Below are positions 40,123-54,400 of a stretch of DNA of 64,000 nucleotides, one piece after another. The DNA is from Daphnia carinata. Lineage: Eukaryota. The notes under the pieces are model-generated. The model was not told the origin of the DNA and made no database searches. It was given only the letters and a program-made list of their open reading frames with translations. Made by a program: the position numbers and the translations under genes. The DNA is taken from assembly GCF_022539665.2 (NCBI RefSeq), contig NC_081331.1, positions 4,402,001 through 4,466,000 of the forward strand, read 5' to 3'. The stretch's first letter is position 1. Every line of letters starts with the position of its first letter.

Positions 40123-42777
40123 ATGTTCCGAGTAACGTTTTTGGCGTTCGTGCTGATTGGAATGACCAATCAATACAGAGTAATTTATTGCGCTCCCACA
40201 CCTGATGGCAATAACGAACTTTCTGAACCTAAAATGACCAAGACAACGTATGGCAGCAGCAGGGATCCGGTACGTTTTCTCTTTTTTAATGAGATTAATT
40301 TTGTTGCAACGAGAAATGCAAAATTTTGCGCAAAGATTACTAATGAATTTTAAAAATTACAGATTGGAGAAATGCCTGGCGAACCCCTCAGCCCAGCAGA
40401 TTTTCAAAATGCAAAGGAATTGGGTAAATGCAACAAAATATTAAACAAAAAAAAAATGAAAGTAGAATGTAATCAATCTGAGTACTAGATTATATCTAGT
40501 ATTTCCTTAATTGGGCAGCACGAGCTCGTCCAAGTCTACCGAAAACAAGGAACTCTGCATTGACAGGCTTTTTTCTTTAGAAAACTACTTTAGTATGCAA
40601 ATGACTATTATAATAACCTTTATAAAAAGGAAATTTTTGTTTTCTTCACAGTTCTGGGGCCGAATTTTCAAGATTTGGTTGACGGTAGTCCAAACGGACT
40701 GGGTGGCCAGAAAGGCCTTTTTGAAGGCGACATTGTCGGCGTGTTAGCTAAAGAAACGGCCACAGTAACAGGACGACAAAAAGGGACAAAGGTCAGTTAG
40801 AATTTTATTTCTATTGAAAATCAATCAACTAGAAAGTGATCTACTTCCAATCCGGTTCACTGATTCTTTTCGGTGTAGCTGAACAGTGCCGTCGTCGACG
40901 TGACCCTAACCTGGCCATCTGGTACAATACCGTACGTGATTTCAGCATCTTTCGGTATTGTCCAACACTTTATAATACAGTTTCCGGACAAGCTCATTCA
41001 CTAAAGGTGTTGTATTACAGGAAAACGCGAACGAACTTTAATCGCCAAGGCCATTCTTGAGTTTCACAACAAAACGTGTCTTCGTTTTGTACCACGTACG
41101 AACCAGGATGACTACATCAATATCTTAAATGCAAATGGGTAAACGAAATGTTGCAAACTAAACACTGTGGACGCGTGCAGTCGACATAAATTCGTCTGTT
41201 TTGCTGAGCTATCGTTATTTTCCTTGTTGAATGATTTGTAAAATACTTCCCATATTTTTTGCAGATGTAGCAGCAACGTCGGTCGTGCAGGTGGAGAACA
41301 GCAAGTCTCTTTGGTATGAATTATTCAACATGCAAAAAAAATTAGGAAATTATGTTAGCGTGATTTTGTCTACATGGAGTCTGTTGATCATTTAGGGCAT
41401 GGGATGTTTCTACGTCGGCATCATCATGCACGAATTAATGCACGCCGTTGGGTTCTGGGTAAGCCTTCTTTTCCGAATTGCAAAATGTTTACTCACGAAT
41501 ACTTAAAAATCTGGCTAAACGTTTTGCTTTGATTGATCTTCGACAGCATGAGCAAAGTCGTACCGATCGCGATGACCACGTCATAATCCACTGGGAAAAC
41601 ATAATGAAAGGTATGACTCACCTATTTAAAAAAAAAATTCATTTTAATAGTAAATTACTTTGCTATCATGACAGGGATGGCATACAATTTCCAGAAATAT
41701 GATCAAGGCCGCATCCAATATCTTGGTCTACCCTACGATACAGGTAAACAAGTTAAATATATTGACTTAAGTGTTCGTCTTGGTAAGAACACTGATTTTT
41801 TAAATGAAACAGGTTCCATTATGCACTACGACGCTTACGCGTTTGCTGAAGACAAGCGCTACCCTACGATTACATCTAAGAAGAGCGACGAGCAACTAGG
41901 ACAGCGAAATGGGTTTAGTGATGTACATATCAACACGTTGATAAAGTTTTGAATTTCTAAAGTAATTTTGGAAAAATCTGATACAAGGCGGACGTGTTAA
42001 AGTTGAACCGGTTGTACAAATGTGAAACAAATTCGAGCGAAGAAACGTCAGTTACAACTTCGCCTGCTGCCACTCGGTTGAAACCAACTCCAGGTATATA
42101 CTTGATATTCAAAGCACATCATGATTTGAAACCATTAAAAATTATTTTTACTCTTTTCAAAGACAAAGGAAAGTCTACAAATGGATGCCTAGACGACCAC
42201 AAATATTGCAAGATTTGGACAGAGAGAGGAGAATGCGCAAGAAATTCTTGGATGGCAAACCACTGCCGCAATTCTTGCAATCAATGCGGTATGTTGTATG
42301 CAAAAATCATTCACGAAATCAAAGATTTAGAAACATCTATCTTAATCGGCTATCTCGCTCAACGAAGCACGTTTGATGTAATCTTTAAAATATTTTCTTT
42401 TCAGATGGCCAGTGTAGTAATTTGAACGACAATTGCATCCAATGGTAAACAAAAAATTGCTATAATTATAGTTCTATTGAAATCAATGAAATTAAAAACT
42501 ATTCCAACAGGGCCCAATCGGCGAGTGTCAAAAGAATAGTCCATACATGAAAATCTATTGTCGCAAATCTTGCCATTTGTGTGGTAAAATTGAGTTCTGT
42601 TAAAACTGTAAAATACCAGTAATAACTCAAACGTTTTATACTTTAACAGACGACACAGATAGATCTGATTGCGTCGACGACGATCGTTTGTGCCCCGTAT
42701 GGGCGGCAAGGGATGGCTGCAAGGCCAATTCGAATTTCATGCAACTACACTGCAGGAAATCGTGTGGTGAATGCTAA
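40123..42777 (+). CDS. Astacin-family zinc metalloprotease with three C-terminal ShK domains
   Basis: Signal peptide MFRVTFLAFVLIG, prodomain LFEGDI, WPSGTIPY, TCLRFVPR, zinc motif HELMHAVGFW|HEQSRTDRD, Met-turn SIMHY, Thr-rich linker, then three 6-Cys ShK repeats (CLDDHKYC..W...GEC...M..HCRNSCNQC etc.) ending CRKSCGEC*. Confidence 0.93.
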
Positions 42778-43045
42778 CATCCTACTTTCACTGAAAAGAT
42801 TATTATCTTCATGACATTTCTCTCTTCGAAGACTCCACTGCCAAATCAGTCCATGTTGTCCTACTTCGTTGCACACTACCAGCTTTTTATCTAATAGTTT
42901 TCAAAAGGGCCTGAATTTTAGAGATTTTCTTATTTATGTATTGCAAATCGTTCACGATATGTCTCAAGAATAAAATATTATTTTTCAAGTCAAAACCTAA
43001 TCGCCACCGACGTTTATCGAAATAGCATTAGACGTAATCATGTTT

Positions 43046-43505
43046 TTAGGCAACAGGATTGTGTTCCCTTGCGCAATAAACACACGGTGGGATGAAAAAG
43101 TAATCCGGTTTCTTTTTTGGTGGCTTTGTGGGTTTGGCAGGAACAATTTCCGATCCTATACAAGAATGATTTATTCATAAGATAACCAGGTTATGAAAAA
43201 TAAAACGAAGGCCAGCAGTTTTGCGCTCTGATGGTTCTTTGTTCCACTAAATTATTCCTTATGTTGTAGGCAAACAAAGAAATGATATGCCAGCCTTAAA
43301 AAAAACGCTACCTGTTGAAGCAGGTATTGCCGGAAGGTCGGTCGATAATTTAGATATCACCTCGGGCAAAGGTGCGGGCTATGCAAAAACATTCAAAAAG
43401 AAAACAATAAATTTGTTTGTTATTTCCGCCTAAATTAATCTGTTGGTACGTTACCATAACGACGGACAATGCGAGGAGAAAGATAAGAACAACGACAACT
43501 TTCAT
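43046..43505 (-). CDS. Small putative secreted Pro/Lys-rich peptide, 75 aa, 3 exons (43505-43455, 43378-43312, 43155-43046)
   Basis: Phase-compatible GT-AG introns give MKVVVVLIFLLALSVVM/PAPLPEVISKLSTDLPAIPAST/GSEIVPAKPTKPPKKKPDYFFIPPCVYCAREHNPVA*, with a clear signal-peptide pattern. No family recognised. Confidence 0.55.
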
Positions 43506-46500
43506 TTTTAACCGGTGAGAAATGTTTGCGATTGGACGGAAATGAAAGGCAATCTGCCACCGTATACCCACGATTCAGAAATGAACATTTTGTGCTTGTC
43601 AAAAAATCTAAATAAAAAAAAAATTCGGGAATATTCCGCAGGTGGCCGGTCTTGCTGACGATCCTTTTCTATAGATTAGACGCCACATGTGTGACGCTTT
43701 TAAGTACACATATGGTGTTGCAACCACTAAAAGTGGAACAGATGCGTCGTTTATGGCTCTTCATTTCGTAACCAGAAAATAGCACATGATAACACACTTG
43801 CTTTCGTCAACTCGATGGTGAGAAGTTGACGTGGATAAAGAACGAAACTGGACTCGGCAGAGAAGCTTGGGAGTCATTTACTTTGGAATTCCCTTTAAAA
43901 AGTTATTTGAACGTTTCAGAGTTCGTTAAAAGAAATATGCAATCGAAACGAGCTGCTTGGTGAGTAGCTAATTGCTAATCAGCGCGCAAAAATCAAATGT
44001 CCACATTTATTCGTTAATGCCATAATTAGGATTTTTCCTGGATAGGGAAAAGTCAAGCAATTCTTGAAAGGGCGTTGATACTTTCTTTCGGGTACACATT
44101 TACATAATTGCTTAGTAGCCGGGGATAAAGTCTACCTCCATTTCAAGGTTATCTAGCAGTTGATTTGCGTCGGCAATGACGGAAAAATCCGTTGATCCCA
44201 ATCAAGAGTTGAGACTACTGACTTTGAGATTTTGGGCGTGATTCCTTACGTTTCTACTTAGCGGTAAAGACAAACCAGAAATACTATATTCAAAAAGCTT
44301 GTCAAGGCTAAATATTTTTTTCAAAAACAAAAACAAATTACAGCTGATTAAGGCTTGATTACTATCGCATGCAACACGGACGTACTCTAAATCTTGTCCA
44401 TTTCACGTAATAAGTGGTAGGTAAGTGTTACTGTCACGCTGGGCCAACGCGAATACGATACGTGTAAAAAGGAACAGGTTCTATCTGCGAAAGATAAAAA
44501 AAAAACTTTCGATGCAAAATTCGTCTCTACTTCAGCGATCTGCTGACTAAAATGACGCAATCTCAAACAACGTCCTTGGTACCACAAAGATGCCAGGCAT
44601 TTAAAACGCAGTTTGAAAGTGTTTGTGTCTTGATTGTCAGGTGACTTTTGTCGATGCAAGGACAACAACACAAAAACAAATGACGACCTTCGTTTAGAAT
44701 ACAAGAAAAAAAAATTCAGCAATTTTCTTCTCTTGTTTATCAAAATAAAATGTGCAGAGGTGTGGCAGTCAAGAACACTCATAGCGCCGTTATAAATGAA
44801 AATACTGCGCAGTACATTGCTTTCGAATCCTTTCACTTGCAATAAACAAACTGAAACCGGAATCTTTTACCATATTAAATGTCGCTACATTAATCGAAGT
44901 CATGCAAACTGCGCCATCGATTCGTTGTATCGCTTTCATCAAAAAAGCCGAATGACGTCACACAGGTCTCTTCAATCAAACCCGGAAAAACAAACAATTG
45001 TCAAGAGAAAAAAAGGTGGGCATTGACGCCCGTTTTACAAAGCTTTGCATACTGTCAAGGTAAATATTCAAGGTCATTATCCGCCAAATTTCCGACTGGG
45101 CGCTCACGACGTGAGGGGAAAGTTCAATTCAACTTGACAAAGCAGATCAGGAGAACAGCACGAGCCTTATGTCGAAATTCCAGGATTTCGCTGAACGCGC
45201 TGCATGCTGAAAGCGTGCGGACTAGTCGACACAGAATATAATGTCCTTGTCTTTTACGTAGGCAATATATCACAATCGGAAGATGTAGAGGCAAACGCTA
45301 TTGGATCAATCTTACTGTTGCTGGTACGCACACAAGTTTGAAAAGTAGGTCTCAATTCGGAGAAGGTGGGTGTAGTACGGTCGATGAAAAATTCATAGCA
45401 CGAATTCGGTTTTTATACAGTATACAAAATAAAATTGTACGTCTTAAAAAGATGGTCAGAAACGTTACAGAGTCGATTGCGTTTTTTAAACCCGGAACTC
45501 TTTGCGCATGCGTTGGACTCAAAAGAATTTGGACCTTTACCTTTTTTTTTTTGTACAGACTATTGATAAATATTTAAAAATTTCAACAAGACGAAATTGT
45601 TGGCTCGTTCTCAAATTTGTCAAAATTATTTTTTTACATTTTCTGAAACTCATCTAGTCGTTAATAAGGAATGTATAAAGTTATTTTCAGACGTTAATAG
45701 TCTTCTGGAATGGGAAAAACTCCAATCTGTCAGTAGTCATTATTTTAGGCTTCTTGTAAATCAAAATCCCCACCCACAAGAGGGATACAACTAGAGGATT
45801 AGCTCTCATTTATTTTCAAGTGCTTCTTCCCGTCAAGCTGTTCCATCATTTAACTAATGACGTACCGCGAGACCCAGACAATAAACATTTTTTTTTCGCC
45901 CTTTTTAAATAATTTACTGTAGGGTATCGAAACGCCATTTCACAGCCCATAAGCTCTTCAGATTGATGAAGAAGTGAAAACAAAAGATTTTTGATTTCGT
46001 GTTATGATGAATTCCACCTCTCCGCAACACCCACCTTCTTATTACGCCAATATCATCTTACGTCAGCTACGCTTGCTATATAAGGTACCACGTGAGTTGT
46101 TGCGTGGGACATGTTATGATAGTCGGAAAAGAAAACGGATACGTATCAATGAAAGATTGGCTTGCTGTTTAGTCAAGTGCGTCAGCATTGCAAAGAAAAC
46201 CTTGCGGTCGACAATGCAGGATAGCCTCGTTAACGATAACAGCTTATCTACCGTGTGTAAATAGACAGTGTCAAATAAATAAGTTTGTAGAGTTTGAACC
46301 CCAAAAAATATTTTCTTTTTAAAATGAATTGTAGGGGATGACTTACAATTGTAAATTTATTCAGAAGCCAGAAAAGCGTTGATATCTTCATTCTGGCAGT
46401 TAGGGGCTATCGACAACAGGTTTTCTAATAGATATTTTGCATACGGCATTCTTTAAAGTCCCATCGCTATCTAAATGTTTACTTTAAGATCACCTTAAAA

Positions 46501-48498
46501 GGGAAAAGGCGGAAATGAAGGCTACGCCATAATCAACTACACCCACAGGGGGGAATTCTAGACAACATGTAATGGAAGGGAAATTGAAAAAAAAGGAGAA
46601 AAAGTTGATAATAATCACTTTAATTACATTACAATCTCTCCTTTTTTTTTGGTCAAACAAAAAGAGTTTATTGCCAAAACCCCTTTTGGGCAAATTAAAA
46701 TTTAATTTTGCGAAAGGTGGTAAAGAAAAAATACGCCAATGGCTTAAGGCCTTGTACGAAGCTTAAATGCAAAAGGAGAGAGAACCAAAACTCGTTGACC
46801 TACGAGCGTCATCATCAGATTATTGCCTCCGACTTGTTTTAATCTGTTCGAGATATGCGAAAAGTGACACAAGGCTACTGAGTTGAAATAAGTTCGGATT
46901 TTGAATACTAACGGGAACTGTCGGTATAACAAGAAATCATCAAAGGAAACTTGTTTCAACACACGAGATGTGAAATGGAAACCCAAAACGTCAGCAAAAC
47001 TTGAAATCGAAGACGATCTTGACATCGGCCAATAACTTTCAAGGACCCCGTCTCTTCGGCGGGATCTTCACTTATTTCCCAAACAAAAAATTGATACAAA
47101 AATACAGCCGTCCAGTTTGAAAACTCCATTTCAATCTTTTGCATCATGATTTTACGATGCATAATGTCCGTCCTATATAATCATCGAACGTTATGACCCA
47201 TAAAAAGCTATGGAAATTTTGCTGACGTATTTTTTTTTCTGCTGGTGGCCCAGTATGTCATTCCTTTAAAAAACTTATATACGGTTTTACTTGTCTATAA
47301 CTGCACGCACACGAAATCAATATTGGCGTGAGGAGAACTTGCCCGGTAACCCATTTCTAAAAAAAATTGAACTAACCTGTGGTTTATACGATGCACGAAC
47401 TGGACGAGTCAATTTCCAAGTCAGCGATTTCGGTGATGAGGTGGCGCCCCTTTTATTCAACATGAGAAAAAAAATTTAAAAACATTAAGCTCGTTTGATT
47501 TCCATTTTACAATGGCGATAGAATAATAACAGACTAGTACGAAAACGTATCAAGGGCTCATAAAGAAAGGGATAAATTTTTGGTTACGCAACGCCCCAAA
47601 AAGGAATGAAAAGGTAGTTGGTGTTCGTTTATTGAACGAAAACGCCAGCAGCTACTATTGTGCATGCTCTTTTACGGTATGCGTATCGAATGAGCAAACC
47701 CTTTCAAACGTCTCATCTTCAGTTGTTTTCGTCGTATTTCAAATTCAAACACCAGCAGCCCATTACTGACATCGTAAAACAGAATGAAATAAAGAAAAAA
47801 CTCTTATCTAACAATAGCACTGGGCATTCAGATTTGAGTCTTTCAAGACTTCCAATCTAACGGAAGAGTGAGTAACGTCATCGAGGTCGGATGTACAAAA
47901 CAAGATAAGAACAGCATGAAACCCCACTAACCATTAAAACAAACATTTTCCTTTTTTCGTGGCTTTCATTTTCTTTTTCTTTCTTATCTTGTTTATTTTG
48001 TATTTCAGTAGAAATAGTGTAAGAAGAGTCTATACAAAAGAAAATCGACGTGTATATACGCGCGCACCAGAAAAAACATGGCCGATCCAAGGGAGGGGAG
48101 TGAAAAATGTTTGAGATTAAGTAAATCGTGCACAACACACAAAACTGTCTTTTCTTTTTTTTTAAGTAATAAGTAGAAAAAACACTCACCAAAAATAATA
48201 TTAATAATCACTGAAAAAAAAAAACACACACTTTTTTCTATTTTTAAAATATTCTCTGGCAGGAAAACAAACTCAAGATCAAAAATGTGTTCTGTTGCAG
48301 ACGATCAAGAAAAGACAGAAAGAACAAAAATTACATGATGCGATACTTGAACGCCACCTGATGACGACATACTTGGAATGGGGGGTAGAGGGGAGATAAT
48401 GCGATCTCTATCGGTCATGATAAATAATTGGTGAGGCTGAGTTGTTGTTTTAGTGCCCACTTTTTTTCAATGCCGTTTTGAATATTTGCTTCGACTTT

Positions 48499-51400
48499 TC
48501 AGGGCTTGGTTCGATGGCCAGATTTCTGGGCTTTCTTCTTCCTGGCCGCTAGCATGTCGTAGAACGGATTGTGGCTTATGCTTTGCCTGTATAGATCGAC
48601 CACACAAAAGACAACAGTTGAGTACAAAATGTTAGAAACAAATTACAAAAAAAAAAACGGGTGTGGGTTTTCTTTTGCTAAAAGACTAAAAAGAATAAAC
48701 GATTTGTACCTAATGCAAGCAATCCATTCGTCTTTTTCAGCTTGTTCGGCAGCGGACATTCGGTATACAGTGTGCTTGCCCTCAACCACTTTCCCCTCGG
48801 AATCCGTTTTGCAGGCTATTTAAATTTTTTTGAAAAGAACAAAAAAATATTTGAATTGTAGACACTCGTTTTTCTCAAATGTATTATTCGCATGCAATTG
48901 TGCGTTTGTACCTTTGATGAAATCGTTTCCTCCCGTGGCGTAAAGCTCGAAACAGTTGGGCTTGTTCCTATCCGGCACTTCACGGACCTGATGGATTCAC
49001 GAAAAATATTTCTGTTAGTTTTTATGATAATAATGATTGACTGACACGATAAAAATAGATTTCAAAAAAAGGGGAAAACATTCAAAACGTACCTGAATGT
49101 TCTCTAGCGGAATAATTCCTCTCGGTTCCTTGTCGGTGGTATACTCGAAGTAGTATAAACAATTGTCGTTCAAAATAAACCAGCGCCTCTTCCACGACTT
49201 GTACCGGCCACCTAGTAACGAAATAACGAGGTCAGAAACCAAGAATTTTTTTTTGTTTGTTTCTTTCCAAACGCGAAAAAAGATGTATGTGCTTACCTTG
49301 TTTCCATAGCCATCCTTCACGGTCTGGGTTGAAGAATGTGTGCATCAGGTCGTTGCCGTCGTCCTCGGGTATTTTGAAAGGTTCAGCCTTGATGCTATCG
49401 TAGATACTCTGAAATTTTCGAGAAAGAGAGAGTTCAGACGCTGTTTGTCTCAAGACTGAAAAACGGCGCTGGCGAAACACACTTACTTCTTGTATATCTT
49501 TCGGTATATCTTTGCCATCGTTGATTCCACGGTTCATGGCAATGAATTTCTCCAACGTGGGTTTTTCTTTGACGCTCGGATTGTGCAAACTCGTATTGAG
49601 TATGATAACGGAAAACGATAAAACATAGCAGGTATCTGTGGTGGTGAGAAAATATTAATCAGAAATTACGACACTGATAGTTTTCGACGCGATGAAGAAA
49701 ACAACAAATAAGAAACGTACCTGGATTGGAGAAAATGTTGGGGTTGAGCTGACAATACCGCTGAGCGAAGGTCTCCATCATTCTGTCAATCTTTTGGGCT
49801 TCACCGGGAAGTCTGAAACTCCACAGGAATTGTCTATTGGAAGAGCGCGGGCACAAAAAGAAAGTAGATTATTATTTTTTGAAAATCCCCCAACTTCGAA
49901 AAAAAAAAAAAATAATAACAAGAAAAGTAAATGGCTTTACCTTAACGCTTGTACGATGATGAGATCTGTAAAGTCATGCAGATCGACGAAAGCTTTCAAG
50001 ACCTGCTCGTGGAAGGGGCTTTTCTCGCCCAGGTAATCACCGATAGCCGTCTTACTCAGTCCTTCTCCCCTGTGGGAACCAGAAAAAAGGAGAGCACCGT
50101 TATTAGCGACAACTAACAACAAAGAAACAGTGTACAAAACGAGCTTATTATCAAGCCGAATTTTCTCCTCGGGATGTCAACCTTTGACCTTCCCCAACAC
50201 CACAAAAAGTAAGACTTTAAAACGTCTTGTAAAGAATAGCAAAAAAAAAAACACATTTCGACGGGGTCGACTACACACGTGTGAATCACTAGAGTAAAAA
50301 GAAAAAGGGTGATTTACCTGTAGAGGAAAGCGGCAATGTCTTGAGGCGTGTTCTGCAAGAGCCCTTGTTGCAGCAGGAATTCAATGCCCTTTTTCGGGTC
50401 CATGTTGAATTTCTTCCGTCCGAGGGACATCTGCTTAGCTCGGGCTGCATTTTTACTGCAATCAAACAAAACACATGGAAAAGATGATGTAACATCTGTC
50501 TCTTTTTTATTCGCTGACGTACAATGTAGGAAGTTTAAAGACCCACAAAAAATTGCTGATTCAAAGTTCAAACAGTCACTGTGTATGCAAGTGGGCGTTA
50601 TGCTGCAAGTCCGCAGATAAGATAAAACATTCTTTTTTTTTACACACACACAGGAAAAAGGATTTAGTGGCTCACAACATTGGAATGCCCTTTTTTTTCC
50701 CTTCTCTACGATCTATTTCTCATTTAAATTTCAAATTGTTATTTTTGCCTCATCTTTGTTTCTTACCTGTCTTCGCCCGTATTGTCCAAACTCTCCATCT
50801 CGGCCGTGACTTCGGCGATCTCATCCTTAAGTTGCTGTAATAAATAGAAGAACATAATCAAAAAATGAATCACGTGCATGGTATAGATAAATTTCATAAC
50901 GAGTCTCAGCCGCTGCTGGCCATTGTTCAGAAATAGACTAGCATAGAGATGGTAAAAAAAAGAAAAAAAAAAGAAAATAAACAAAAAGCAAAAGAAAAAG
51001 TAGATGAACAGCCTAGCCCACACGTTGAACGATCGCTACATGGCTTAATGACAGGCTCATCAGGGCGGAACAGCTAGGCGTAGGCACGAAACGAACCGTG
51101 CCAACATCCCAACAACAATAACAACAAACCCCCCTCTGCATAGAAGCTGCCGCTCTTCTTTTTCGACAGAGATAGAGGACGCCAGTGAAAATAAACTCAC
51201 TCCATTCCTTCGTCCGTTGATATCGCTATCCGATTGCGTATACCAGATGGTGGATCGTTTTTTACGACGATCCAGCGATGAGGTATTAGAATTGGTGTAA
51301 GCTCGTGGTCGGCTCGTCTCCGGCAACGGAGGCTGCCATCGATTTGTGTTCGATTGCGGCATCTGCAACCGCTTCCTGGGCAACGTGCAAAACTGTGAAC

Positions 51401-54400
51401 AATTCTTGTTGTCGTCATCCACTTGTTCTGTCACCACCGGAAGCGGACCTTGGATAACTACGATCGAACGACGAAGACTAGGATCCGGCGACTCCGCATC
51501 ACTCGAAATGTCGATGGAGGAATCGTTTTTCTTGGATCGTTGCAATATCGTGCCAAGAAGCCACCTCGTTTTCGGAGTTGTCGTAGAGCAACGTGCTGAT
51601 TTCGGTGAGGCTTCCAATCGTTCATTCAACATAACGGACGAGGTGGAATGAAGATTGACATTCAATGTATGTAGGCTGGACAGTGATTTAGCACCGGTTA
51701 TGGTCTTTGTACCGTTGATGACACCACCATTTTTTGTTGGGCTTAAATTGTCCGGAGTCGAGCTGAGACTTTTGTTTCGATTCTTTCTTAATGAACCGAA
51801 CCAACCCATTTTGGCTGCCGTTTCGACGGGTGATGTCATCGTCATGGCGAAGCTAATCGGCAAACACCAACACACACAACCACCACACAAAGACGACAAC
51901 AACAACAAAAAAAAACAGAAATGGAGGCGATAACCAACAAAACACACTTCAACTGACTCGAAAAAAGGAACACACAGTTTTTTTTTGTCGTCCCCACTGT
52001 GTAACGGTTTTTGTTGTGTGTTGTTATTGGAATACGCAAAGGAGTGAAGAGATGAAGAGAGAGCGCAAGTGCGCACCTCACACCCTTAGCTCTGCTGACT
52101 GACTGACTCCCAACCAAACATCTACAGCCCAGTCAGCTGATGCCAGTGTAGAGGTTAGAAAAATAAAACTAGCTACTCTCCCCTAAAGGGACAAGGGGAA
52201 AAAGCCAAAAAAATAATAAAAAAGGGCGGAGACCTTTTTTTTTTCCTTTACTTGGCACAGGGCCGTGTGGGCGTTGCACTGGGCACCGTGTCGCTATCTT
52301 CATGACGTCACGGTCCTGTGCTTCGCTGTGGTCATGAAAGGGAGATGAAAATTGTGAACTGTGGCAAAGCGAGCCAAACATTAACGAAAAAAAACAAAAA
52401 ACAGGAATGATGATGATAATATGGAAAGAAGAAACGTGACTGGGCATCCGCAAATGCGACGTTTTTTAAAATTATTTTTATAGACGGCTCGTGAATCACG
52501 CTGCTCTCTTTTCAAGAGGCTCTCTAATATCGTCTCGGCACACACACAAATGTCTCCTTAAATTTTTTCCCCTCCTCCTGCGTATCCTTAAACAAACAGA
52601 AAGCAAACAATTTTAACCTGTGCGGCAAGTTTTTGATTCGCTCGTTATTCAAGTCGGCCATAGATCGAGATGTGGGGGGCCCACATTTCGAAGAAAAAAA
52701 AATGCATTTATATGCACAAACAATAACAACAACGACGACGACGGAAGACGACGTCGCTATGTGGTTCCTGTTTTGTGCATGTGTTCAAGACAAAAGAAGC
52801 AGCGCACGGGAGAGCAGTTGCGTGCGGACCGGTTTTCCCAGGGACCTGGCTTCCCAACCGCCCAGAGGGTTGGTCGCAGGGGTATAGCCGAGGACCGAAG
52901 TTCGGGTTGCTTGATATTATTCTGCTCACGCAGTGATGCAATCCTTTCCATTTTTCTTCTTCTTCTTCTCCTTCTTTTAATCTACTCGAAACAACGTTCA
53001 AAGAGGAGGCAAAAAACATGCGGGAGGAGGGAAAAGCTGTTGCTGCTATGGAAGGAGAGAGAAAAATATAACAGTTTTCGGATCAAGACGCGTGATAATA
53101 CAAAAACTGCCGACCCCAATGGCCAAAACGCTGTTTGTTTGTTCTGGTCGCTGAATATGTAGTTTGTCGTCGCCGTCCCAATTAATGAAACGAGTCCAAA
53201 ATGTGACTACATTTTCATGGATTCCGACTCTCTCCTGTCATTGTTAGACCGTATTTTTTTTTCGTCCATCTTAATCAAGGCTAATTCGGATGCCAAAAAA
53301 AACCGAATTTTTTTCTTTCCTAGTCGATCTTTTTTCTTTTCCTTCCAGAATGACATTTAGAAAAGAAGAAGAAGGAAAAAAAAAAAAAGAGGAGGAAGCC
53401 AACATTTAGGCGAGAGAAAATAGATGTGGCGTCGTCTGCGGTTTGACAGAATTAGAAACTGGGTGGAGAGGCGCAAATAGTGTGACTCTCCGGTTCGTCC
53501 GTTCGCTTCGCTTCATTTGTCAAGAGTCCATAGGAGGGACAAGAATAACGCTTCACTTTGAATAACGATCAAACACAAAGCGGAATTTAGAATAATAAAA
53601 AAAAAGAGAGAGAAAGAGAAACAGTCAGTCAGGATAGAAAAGACGCAATACGAAACGGATGGATAGTTAAAAACAGGGTTTTTCTTCTCCTTCTCAAAGA
53701 CGCTGTCAAAGCAAAACAAAAAATGGAAAGGGAAGGATTGGTATGTAAGGCCTTGTATGCATCTCGCAAGAAGAGGGAATAATAAATTTCACTATTGCGA
53801 GATGCGCTGGCCAGGTGAGAAGGCGGAGGAAAATCCTCTGTATGACGAAAGACCACACTGTTGTGGTAGCTCTGGGGTAGATATGGTAAACACGATGATG
53901 AATTCCATAACCAGAATCCTATTTTTTTTTTCCCTTCGCAAAAGAATATTAAACGACGAGAAATCGTCAAAAATCGCAGACGATGATGTCAGAGTTCTTT
54001 AATACGTTTTTCTTTTTTCGTTGGAAAGTTATGACGATAAAGGGAGACAAAAATTGTATTCCCTTCGGTTTCTGGTCTACGTGTAGGTCAAGGACCCACT
54101 AGAAAGAAAGAAAGAAAAAATCTGCAGAAGACAGCATTTCTTCAAGTACAGCTACTATATTACTCAGCTATATCCCACTTGGGATCGATTTTGAAAAAAG
54201 AGATAGCCCACTTGACTTTTTCGAGTTCCTCTTCTTTTCCCCTATGCAAGACTATTGTTCTTTAATTGTTTTGTGTTCCAGGAACAAGAAAGAAGGGGGG
54301 AAAAAAACAGGGGGCGAAACCACAGCAACAAGGTAGGTGGTTTCTGTAAAAGCAAATAAATGGTCCATTTCTAGCTGACGTCTGCACAAAAAAAAACCCA

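Noticed and set aside
43600..48450. ORFs downstream of cytohesin
   Set aside because: No motifs or coherent exon chain; likely long 3' UTR and intergenic sequence.
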